Origin: a virus
Lineage: Duplodnaviria > Caudoviricetes
Reading direction: 5' to 3' (one strand)
DNA: 41,786 nucleotides
Virus record (IMG/VR): IMGVR_UViG_3300048848_000259
Span: 1-41,786 of that record
Position 1 is the first letter of the stretch, and every line of letters begins with the position of its first letter. Of this stretch, positions 34,468 to 41,786 are shown in pieces. The notes under the pieces were generated by a model. The model worked only from the letters and a program-made list of their open reading frames with translations, made no database searches and was not told where the DNA came from. Position numbers and translations under genes: made by a program.

Positions 34468-35199
34468 ATGAACTCGTCTCTGCAGAAAACGCAGAAGCGC
34501 TTGCTCGCGCTTGGCTTCTCGCTACCGAAATACGGCGCCGACGGCGACTACGGCAAAGAGGCCGATGATGCGTTCAACGCAGCGCTCGACCAGCTGGTCA
34601 CGCTTCGCAGCTTGGTCGAAACGCCGCCAACCTCGTTGCCGCCTCCGGTGCCCACGACGTCGATCGACATCAAAGACCGGGTCATCCCTGCAGGCTGGAT
34701 GCCAGATGCCAAGATCACCGGCATCGTCTGTCACTGGACTGCCGGCCAGAATAAGGCGAGCGACCTCGACCGGTCTCACTACCATCTCCTCATCGAGGGC
34801 GATGGCAAGCATGTCCGCGGCGTTCCCTCGATCGATCTGAACAGGCTACCGAAATCGAAGGCGGGCTACGCGCAGCACACGCTGAACTGCAACACGGGCT
34901 TCATCGGTCTGTCGCTTTGCGGCATGGCCGGCGCCACCGAAAGCCCATTCAGCGCAGGCAAGCAGCCCATCACGCGCGTGCAGTGGGACGAGCTCGCAAA
35001 CGTCCTGGCGCAGCTCTGCAAGCGCTACGGCATCAAAGTCAGCCGACGGACCGTCCTCAGCCATGCCGAAGTGCAAACGAACCTCGGCATCAAGCAGAAA
35101 GGCAAGTGGGACATCGCCCGCCTGCCGTTCGACACCTCCATCCAGGGCGCGGCCGCGATCGGAGATCAGATGCGCGCCATGGTGCAGTCCAAGCTTTAA
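34468..35199 (+). CDS. Endolysin: peptidoglycan-binding domain + N-acetylmuramoyl-L-alanine amidase
   Basis: QKRLLALGF.LPKYGADGDYG; Pro/Thr linker; HWTAG, YH.LI.GDG, HT.NCN, SHAEV and KWD motifs. Confidence 0.9.
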   Translation: MNSSLQKTQKRLLALGFSLPKYGADGDYGKEADDAFNAALDQLVTLRSLVETPPTSLPPPVPTTSIDIKDRVIPAGWMPDAKITGIVCHWTAGQNKASDLDRSHYHLLIEGDGKHVRGVPSIDLNRLPKSKAGYAQHTLNCNTGFIGLSLCGMAGATESPFSAGKQPITRVQWDELANVLAQLCKRYGIKVSRRTVLSHAEVQTNLGIKQKGKWDIARLPFDTSIQGAAAIGDQMRAMVQSKL

Positions 35200-35218
35200 C
35201 CCCCGAAAGGAATATCGC

Positions 35219-35443
35219 ATGTCTCAGTACAGCAAGCTCATCGGCGCGCTCGTCGGCAATCTCGTTGCCATCCTGCTCGCCTACGTCGCAACCAAGTGGA
35301 CCGGTGTTGCCGAATGCGCGCTCGTCGACCAGGTGCAGACCTGTACGGCGTTCGGCTTCAGCCAGGCGCAGATCACGGCCGGCCTGATGACGGCGATCAA
35401 CGCCGCCTTTGTCTATGCCTTCCCAGCCAACAAGCCAGCATGA
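35219..35443 (+). CDS. Putative holin (2 TM, 74 aa)
   Basis: AAGG RBS; MSQYSKLIGALVG...VYAFPANKP; directly after the endolysin. Confidence 0.65.
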   Translation: MSQYSKLIGALVGNLVAILLAYVATKWTGVAECALVDQVQTCTAFGFSQAQITAGLMTAINAAFVYAFPANKPA

Positions 35444-35628
35444 CCTGGCTCTCAGCACTCAAGCTTGTCCTTCAGCTCGCCAGCTTCATCGCTCGGCGGG
35501 CTGAAAGGTGTAGATTCGAAAAGGGCGGTCCTGGTTACAGCGTCTTAGAAAACGTGCAGAACGAAGAGGACTGCACAAAGGTATGTCGCGAAGCCGGCAA
35601 CGATACTCACCGTTGCAATGAATGCTAG
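35440..35628 (+). CDS. Small lysis-cassette protein with amphipathic N-terminus; C-terminus possibly replaced by an insertion
   Basis: ATGA overlap with the holin; MTWLSALKLVLQLASFIARRAER, then an abrupt composition change near 35510. Confidence 0.45.
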   Translation: MTWLSALKLVLQLASFIARRAERCRFEKGGPGYSVLENVQNEEDCTKVCREAGNDTHRCNEC

Positions 35629-35640
35629 TCTAGAATCCAT
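35545..35640 (-). CDS. 31-aa single-TM peptide MDSRLAFIATVSIVAGFATYLCAVLFVLHVF
   Basis: GGGGG RBS-like run 5 nt before ATG; almost entirely hydrophobic; not in the ORF track. Confidence 0.5.
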   Translation of the reverse strand: MDSRLAFIATVSIVAGFATYLCAVLFVLHVF

Positions 35641-35830
35641 TGCAGCCCCCAGTTGCCCAAACCAAATTTTGGTGGGCGCTACTTAGCTCAGCGCGATCGC
35701 AGTTGTCACTCACTAGGTCGTGCGTACCTTAACGGCTTTCGAAGAGAGCGCCCGGAGGTGTATCCATTTGAGAATAGTGAGCTGCAGCGTTATCGATTTG
35801 GTGGGATAGGTTTGGAAATCAGACCTTGCC

Positions 35831-36100
35831 CTAGCTGCCGAATGGGCTGAGCACCATCTGCTTTATCTCGACGCTAGTGAATGACCAGGACAGAGCGGCG
35901 ACAAGGGTTAAAACTGCTACCGTTATACGGAAGCGCAGGAAGAGACTGAAGAAGCCGATGACGGCGAATATGAGTGCGATGCCGATCGCGATCGCATATG
36001 GCACGCCAAGCAGGATCATGCTGACCAGTATCACAACCGCCGGCGCGTACCTCGTGAGTTGAACCAAGATTTCTTCATCTTCCAGTCCATCAAGAGGCAT
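35831..36100 (-). CDS. Moron: small multi-TM membrane protein
   Basis: AGGAG upstream of ATG 36100; about 60 hydrophobic residues. Confidence 0.55.
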   Translation of the reverse strand: MPLDGLEDEEILVQLTRYAPAVVILVSMILLGVPYAIAIGIALIFAVIGFFSLFLRFRITVAVLTLVAALSWSFTSVEIKQMVLSPFGS

Positions 36101-36246
36101 TCCATGTGCTCCTACGCGTTCCGCGCGGCCCGTGGGCGTGCCGTCACCGGAAGTTCGATTACCTAATTCTGAAACACTTACAAAACGATAAGCGATCCGT
36201 TGTGGCGGACGTTTCTCGTTGCGCTGATTTTTGAAGGGCATGGGGA

Positions 36247-36879
36247 TTGATGACAGGGAGAAACGACATGCCGAACAGCGGCTTTGATCCTGAAGCAAAA
36301 TACGCTCAGCTGGGCGAGCGCGTCGATAACCAGTCGCGGCAGATCGGCGACCTGGATAATCGTATGGGCAAAGGCTTCTCTGAGATTGCCTCCCAGATCC
36401 GTGGGCTGGTCGATGACATCCGCGGCGGATCTAAAACTCAGTGGCCGATCATCATCGGCTTTTGCTCGGTGACGATCACGGTTCTGGGTGGCTTGGGCTT
36501 CATGGCGCTGCAGCCCATCAAGGACAATATCACGACAATGCGCGAGGATATGCGGATGCGTGCGATCGAGACCAAGGACAGCCTATCGACGATCGTCGCC
36601 GGCATGGTCACGCAAAAAGAGATGGAATGGCGGACTGCTCGAGGCCAAGAGGATCGACAGCGAACCGAAGCCGCTATCAAGGAGCTTCGGGATGGACTGG
36701 TCCCGAGAGACGAGCACGCTCGCGTCTGGGCGAACTATGACCAGCGCTTCCAGGATCAGCAGCGGCAGGTAGATGAACTGAAGCAGGCGCAGGGAAGCGT
36801 CTACGGTGCGCGGGATGTCATCATGGATTTGAGGCAGCGGCTCGATCGCGTCGAGCGTGAGCGGGTCGGGCAGCCTTAG
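36247..36879 (+). CDS. Coiled-coil protein with one central TM helix (lysis-module associated); start may be 36268
   Basis: WPIIIGFCSVTITVLGGLGFMAL TM flanked by heptad-like helices; core-like codon usage. Confidence 0.75.
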   Translation: MMTGRNDMPNSGFDPEAKYAQLGERVDNQSRQIGDLDNRMGKGFSEIASQIRGLVDDIRGGSKTQWPIIIGFCSVTITVLGGLGFMALQPIKDNITTMREDMRMRAIETKDSLSTIVAGMVTQKEMEWRTARGQEDRQRTEAAIKELRDGLVPRDEHARVWANYDQRFQDQQRQVDELKQAQGSVYGARDVIMDLRQRLDRVERERVGQP

Positions 36880-36901
36880 TCGTTGGTGGGCCTACTGCAC
36901 T

Positions 36902-37720
36902 TCAGTCGGCTGCGTCGCTTGCTGCGTACCAACTATTTCCAATCTGCGTTGCTTCCACACGAACATTTTTGATCTCGTACGGCTCGCACTTAATTACGTC
37001 GACGCTGTCGAGGTCGAAAATAGCGATGTTTTGTCCATCAGTACCAAATTGGCTGTGGTAGATGACAGCGTCGTACCCTCCCTCGCGGAATAGTTCAGTG
37101 AGAATTTGGGTTGGTGCATAGTCCGCAACATCTGCTTCGTCTCGGGAAACAGGCTTTGAGAAGGCCTGGTCGATCGACGCCCACACGACTCGTGTCAGCT
37201 CGGCAGACGTCATCTTTTCGTCTCCCAACAAGTGCGGAATTTTGATTAGACCTAGCGGGTTCTGACCTCGTCCCTCTGAGAGGTTCACCGCTTTCAAACG
37301 CCTTTTCGTTCGGAGTCTCGCAACAGAGACTTGGGCGCCAATCCAAGGCCGAATTTCTGATATAGCCGTGATTAGCTCAGTCGCAGCATAGATCACCGGG
37401 ATACCAAGAGGGTTCGCTCGCCCTTCGGACGCTCTGTTTCGTCTAGGCAACATTCTCTCGGCGTGGTGCCCAGTGAGGCTGTAAGAACCAGCGAGTTCAT
37501 CCGCCCCCTCCTCGATAATGCCCTTTTGTGCGCGGAAGAAGATCTCTCCTTCGTTTATCTGAAGTTCGCGATCTGTTGCAGTCATCATGACTGCGCCTAG
37601 GAACCATTCGACATCCTTGGTCCAAACATACCGACGATCTTCGCGGATGCTTCTGCTAAATGTCCCGTAGTCGTCCCACGACAGGAATGGATGCTGTTTT
37701 TCTTCGTCGTAATCCGTCAT
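36902..37720 (-). CDS. RES family protein (NAD+ phosphorylase/ART-like fold)
   Basis: FFRAQ, EGRANPLGIPVIYAA...TAISEIRP and YAPTQ.LTE.FR..GYDAVIYHS motifs. Confidence 0.9.
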   Translation of the reverse strand: MTDYDEEKQHPFLSWDDYGTFSRSIREDRRYVWTKDVEWFLGAVMMTATDRELQINEGEIFFRAQKGIIEEGADELAGSYSLTGHHAERMLPRRNRASEGRANPLGIPVIYAATELITAISEIRPWIGAQVSVARLRTKRRLKAVNLSEGRGQNPLGLIKIPHLLGDEKMTSAELTRVVWASIDQAFSKPVSRDEADVADYAPTQILTELFREGGYDAVIYHSQFGTDGQNIAIFDLDSVDVIKCEPYEIKNVRVEATQIGNSWYAASDAAD

Positions 37721-37959
37721 TCGAACTCCGGTACCTCGCCCCGCTTGTAGATAACGACCGGCGGGCCGTACTCTCCGATTGCGGGATCAGCGTCCCGGCT
37801 CCAAGCGACTACGCCAGCATATTGCTCCCCGAGCAACAGCGCGTCTAGCCTAGCCCGACCTGCGGTCTCCACCTGACGCGGTTCGAAGGCAGGCACGAGT
37901 TCCCCATCGTCGTTTCTCACGAATGCCGCGAGCACAAAAAGCTTCGCTTTTGTCGTCAT
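37717..37959 (-). CDS. Hypothetical protein (80 aa) coupled to the RES gene
   Basis: GAGGTG RBS; ATGA overlap; AF...DDGELVPAF...GVVAWSR.ADP.IGEYG.P pattern recalled from rhizobial small proteins. Confidence 0.8.
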   Translation of the reverse strand: MTTKAKLFVLAAFVRNDDGELVPAFEPRQVETAGRARLDALLLGEQYAGVVAWSRDADPAIGEYGPPVVIYKRGEVPEFE

Positions 37960-38118
37960 CAGCTCACCTCTTGCCGCGAGACAAATATGCCGCCCGGCTT
38001 ACCGGACGGCAAGATGCTTGAGTGACACGCCGCCTTGCGTTTGTTGGCAATTCCTCACGCTTCCCAAGCTGAACGATTTTACGGTACCCGCTCCAGCTCA
38101 TTACTCGTCTTGCAAAAT

Positions 38119-39021
38119 TCATTCGAATTCGAAATGCCGAACGATTTCGTCAGCTAGAAAAATTGCCGATACTTCATTGCCGGCACCTTTTCGATCAATC
38201 GCTTGCCTCCTGACGAGCTTCAAAGATTGCTCAATATACGCTACCCCATCAAACATCACGTCTTCCTTATCGCCGGCATAGACTGGACGACTGAGTAAGG
38301 TTTGAAGGTTGTCTCCGATACGAAACGGTACATTAGGTATCACAAGAAGATTTTGCTCAGCATTGTCCGGAAGTTGCGATATTAATTTCGCAGCTGCATT
38401 GTCGCACTTAAGTATGTCGTGGACTAACTGATTTAAAGAAACGTCGAAAGATCGAAATGCTTCGCCATTCTTATGAAAAAGTCGATTTTTGAATTGTTTA
38501 TTCATGTCTGCTGGCTGATATAGCGCATATCCCCGAACAGACTGACCATCCGACTTGTATGTCTTACTGTATGGTACTAGCACATTGTTATTGTGTTTGA
38601 TCTTGTTACAGATCGTCGCCCATATGGCTCGCCGTTTGCTCACAATACCCTTATAATCTGCGAACCTCTCCCGCGCCTTTTTATCCGGCGTTAGCTGTAG
38701 GGCCTTGGCCAGATCCAACGTGAACAGGTCGAAGAATTCGGTGGCCGAGTAGCATAACTTTTCGAAGGCAACCAAAATAGGAGTGGAAGATGACGCAGAC
38801 TCGCGGGTCTCGAAATCGGATTCAACAAGCGCGTCAATTGCTTGTTGGAATGACATAGCGAATTTCGCCGCACCCGAAACTAGGCCCCTCACGGGATGAG
38901 TTACGTCCTCAGAGGACAAAATTTCTAGCCGCCTTCCGTTTAATGCAGCCGGTAGCTTAAAAATCGGGTTTTTATTGTCATCAACCTCAAAGAATATTTC
39001 TGCCAAGGATGTTCCTCTCAA
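38119..39021 (-). CDS. AT-rich hypothetical protein, possible HEPN-like nuclease
   Basis: 300-aa ORF; helical N-half ending in ICNKIKH; TTG start uncertain. Confidence 0.65.
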   Translation of the reverse strand: MRGTSLAEIFFEVDDNKNPIFKLPAALNGRRLEILSSEDVTHPVRGLVSGAAKFAMSFQQAIDALVESDFETRESASSSTPILVAFEKLCYSATEFFDLFTLDLAKALQLTPDKKARERFADYKGIVSKRRAIWATICNKIKHNNNVLVPYSKTYKSDGQSVRGYALYQPADMNKQFKNRLFHKNGEAFRSFDVSLNQLVHDILKCDNAAAKLISQLPDNAEQNLLVIPNVPFRIGDNLQTLLSRPVYAGDKEDVMFDGVAYIEQSLKLVRRQAIDRKGAGNEVSAIFLADEIVRHFEFE

Positions 39022-39532
39022 TACTCATTTATCAAGAATGAATTCGATTCCCTCTGATCAAGTTCATTCCGTTCGGCTTCCCCATCATTGCTGACTGCGC
39101 CATGCCTCGCCAGTCTTTAATCTTCGTCGCACCCCTAGGCCGTAACAACCTTGGAGCAGGATCCTCTATCGAGTGCAGCTTAATTAATCGACGACCCTAT
39201 TGCTATGGCGCGACGAGCAACGGGTGCCAAGGGAAGTATGCCTACGTCTGGGCGAAGTGTGATCAACGAGTTCAGGATAGCAGCGCCAGGTGGACGAACT
39301 AAAGCAGGCTCATGGTTCAGTCTATGGGGCGCTTGAGCAAGCTGTTGACGCCGGCGGAGCGTTGTGTGCAATAAACTATCGAGCCAGACGTTCAGCAAGC
39401 CTTCACTTATTGGCGAAAGAGCCCAATATGGCTTGAAGGTTGTACCGTGTTAACTCATGCTTCGGACAACAATGTTAGGTTGCTGAAACTGGAGCATCAA
39501 AGCCGGGTACCGTTTCCAACGGGAGAATAAAA

Positions 39533-40069
39533 ATGTCAGCTATCAAATACAGGGAGAAAATCGACAAAATCATAGTCGAGTCGTCCGGTGAGATAGTTTT
39601 CAACGGTTCGCATGACCATGCAGCGGTTGTCATAGAGAGGATGTTTGCACGCGCTCGTGAAAGCGTGAAGATCCTGACGCGCAAATTTGATCCCAGGATT
39701 TACTGTGATAACTCGACGGTAAATTCAGCGCGTAAGATGCTGGGCGATAGCTCGCGTAGGATTGAAATTCTCGTTGAGGACATCGACGCCACTGTAAGGA
39801 CTGACAACCCATACTTCCAGAAACTGTGGAAGGCTGGAAACCTTCAGATCCGTGAGGTGCCGTCCCATCTGAAGGGGCCTCTCGCGATCAATTTTGCGCT
39901 CATGGACAATTCAGGATTTCGTTTAGAGAAGGATCAGACCGGAGCTACGGCGATCGTATGCTTCGGCGACGAGACAATTGCTTCACGGCTGAATTCTTTA
40001 TTCGTTGAAGTGTGGGCGAAGTCTGAGCGCATTGTGGGCCCTGAGGAACGGGAACGTCTTCTCGCGTAA
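39533..40069 (+). CDS. PLD-like-fold protein without an HKD motif
   Basis: GGGAG RBS; MFARARESVKILT..FD, IEILV, NFALMD.SGFRLE and A.VCF.D...A..L...F pattern. Confidence 0.65.
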   Translation: MSAIKYREKIDKIIVESSGEIVFNGSHDHAAVVIERMFARARESVKILTRKFDPRIYCDNSTVNSARKMLGDSSRRIEILVEDIDATVRTDNPYFQKLWKAGNLQIREVPSHLKGPLAINFALMDNSGFRLEKDQTGATAIVCFGDETIASRLNSLFVEVWAKSERIVGPEERERLLA

Positions 40070-40083
40070 CGACCGGTTAAAGT

Positions 40084-40707
40084 TTGGGGGGACGCTTGCT
40101 CTGTACAACAATAGCACCAGATCTCGAACCCCTTCTCGGTATCGGTTTGGCGATGAATCTTGCATTCTTAAATCTGCCCATTTTCGGTTTTGTAGATAGT
40201 ATCAGCAAGCATGCCTCGGCGTGCCTAAATAACATTCCTGAGGGATTGCGTCGCGGAATCGACGAAACGCCGTGGTATAAAGATGCGGCGGCGTTAGCTG
40301 ATCTCCATAAACTCGAAGTCTTTGACATCAATCGTGTCGACCCGCGGTGGGTTCCATTCAAGTCTATTTTCGACGGTGTCGTATTTAACGTACTGTTTAA
40401 GTATCGTTTGGGTAAGGTCTTGTCAGTACTAGCTACTTTTTACGCGAGTTATCTGATCGTGGTAGGCGTATATCAGAGCGCAGGCGGTGGCGAACTGTGC
40501 GGGATCATAAACTTTATCTCAGCGTCTTTCTGGCTGGCTGTCGCGTCATTTTTTTGGCCCGCAGCATGTGTCGCTTTGGGGTCCTATGTCGGGTGGCGTG
40601 CAAAAAGAGAGCTGCGATATAACCTGCGAAACCTAGGCAAATCGGAGATTAAAGCGGCTGTTAACGCGATAGACCGTACGGAGGAGGCAGTCCGCGCAGC
40701 AGATTAA
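40084..40707 (+). CDS. Multi-TM membrane protein
   Basis: 14 nt after the previous gene; three hydrophobic segments; start uncertain. Confidence 0.7.
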   Translation: MGGRLLCTTIAPDLEPLLGIGLAMNLAFLNLPIFGFVDSISKHASACLNNIPEGLRRGIDETPWYKDAAALADLHKLEVFDINRVDPRWVPFKSIFDGVVFNVLFKYRLGKVLSVLATFYASYLIVVGVYQSAGGGELCGIINFISASFWLAVASFFWPAACVALGSYVGWRAKRELRYNLRNLGKSEIKAAVNAIDRTEEAVRAAD

Positions 40708-41067
40708 TTATGCGACCCGGACGTGCATCGTGATCTCCCTTCGCGGTCGAGCATAGCGACTAAGGGCAGTAGTATCGACTAGCAGATCTGCTAGCGAGGC
40801 CGGTCACGGAACTGCACATCGTAAGTTGCGATGCGGATAGTTATCGAGAGCGGGCGACCCTTTCCGGGTGGGTCTCACGAGGTTGGCCGGCGAGGGCGGT
40901 CCCGAGACAGTGACCCAGCCCTCTCCCCTCTGTATGTTTGCGGAGGGGGCAGGGCCTCATGCGACTGTGCCAACACTTCGAGCCATGCGGCAAGCGCAAG
41001 GGGATTACGATGATATACAACCTCCCGAAATACGCTTCGCAGTGCACGGAGGCGCTGGCATCTCCCG

Positions 41068-41466
41068 CTATTGAGATGTCTCTCGCTGCCAAGCCTGGTC
41101 AGCGACCTCAGCTAGCAGAGAAGCAAGTTCCCGAGCGACAGACTCGTCGAGTTGGAAATGATCGAACGAACCCCCAGCCTGGAAAGTAAGCTGGATCGTT
41201 CCGTCTGACGTATCTCTCTCAGCGCCTATGCGTTCAGGAACCAACGGGGCAACTAAGCGGAGCTTGCTTTCCGGTAAGCGTCTTCTCCGCTCCATCTCAG
41301 CGTTTTCAGCTATAGTCTTGAGCGTTGCGACAAGGACCGGGATCAGAGCTACATTGACTTTGAACGCGACCTTCGGATCACGGCTGTCGATAGAGATGGT
41401 CGCATCAGAGAAATCTTCGTTGAAATTGTAGCCGCTGATTCGGCCGTCAAATCTAGGTTGTTCCAT
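41068..41466 (-). CDS. Hypothetical protein
   Basis: TAATG coupling with the upstream gene; GAGG RBS. Confidence 0.65.
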   Translation of the reverse strand: MEQPRFDGRISGYNFNEDFSDATISIDSRDPKVAFKVNVALIPVLVATLKTIAENAEMERRRRLPESKLRLVAPLVPERIGAERDTSDGTIQLTFQAGGSFDHFQLDESVARELASLLAEVADQAWQRETSQ

Positions 41467-41786
41467 TACTGTCCTCGCTTCAGGCGTTCGTCGGCAATGA
41501 TGATGAGAGCGTCGGCTCGAGCGTTATCCAGATGAGTTCGCATCACCGATGCAGCGAGACTTTCAGATCGCTCTTCCCATGCGGTGGCAAGGGCGAGCTC
41601 GTCATCCCGGCAATTTGCAAGAGCGACTTCGGCCGTATCCTTCATTGGCTCGTGCAGTGGTGCGAGTCGAGCCGCCTGGCTGGCAACGCACTTAGTGAAG
41701 GCCGCAAAAGCGGTATCGGTTTTGTTCTGAGCAAACGCCTCGGTCGCTAGCAAAGCGACGAGGGACGGAAAAAGGAAAGTTCGCAT
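41466..41786 (-). CDS. Secreted hypothetical protein
   Basis: Signal peptide MRTFLFPSLVALLATEAFA; two Cys. Confidence 0.7.
   Translation of the reverse strand: MRTFLFPSLVALLATEAFAQNKTDTAFAAFTKCVASQAARLAPLHEPMKDTAEVALANCRDDELALATAWEERSESLAASVMRTHLDNARADALIIIADERLKRGQ

Larger units (their letters stand above)
1..41786. mobile_element. Temperate podovirus-like prophage (BPP-1/epsilon15-like morphogenesis module); exact ends and integrase not visible
   Basis: Contiguous repressor, replication, terminase, portal, capsid, short-tail, ejection, fibre and lysis genes. No tape measure or sheath gene. Confidence 0.9.

Noticed and set aside
39062-39074. Alphaproteobacterial LexA box
   Set aside because: GTTC-N5-GTTC; the consensus needs N7 spacing
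39102-39398. Short ORFs in the gap before the PLD-like gene
   Set aside because: No convincing RBS or motif; more likely promoter region or a decayed remnant

Overview
An almost complete ~42 kb temperate podovirus-type prophage. The structural module resembles the BPP-1/epsilon15 group, and the host is probably a Rhizobiaceae or other alphaproteobacterium (inferred from the high-GC codon style and the gene families). Left to right it contains: an Arc-family repressor divergent from an excisionase-like HTH gene, with operator palindromes between them; a translationally coupled early operon (Cro/YdaS-like fusion, HTH replication initiator with iterons, RNase HI, putative late regulator); three morons; the packaging and head genes; tail tubular proteins A and B; ejection proteins (one with an M15 peptidase, one a 2303-aa polyvalent protein); a tail fibre followed by a degenerate FAD-oxidoreductase homolog and an internally deleted GH19-like protein; an amidase lysis cassette flanked by unannotated antisense membrane micro-peptides and a hairpin-rich intergenic region; and an AT-richer right-end accessory island (RES protein, HEPN-like protein, PLD-like plus transmembrane pair). 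I see no integrase, att site, tRNA, CRISPR array or reverse transcriptase. All family calls come from motif recognition by eye, not from database searches.
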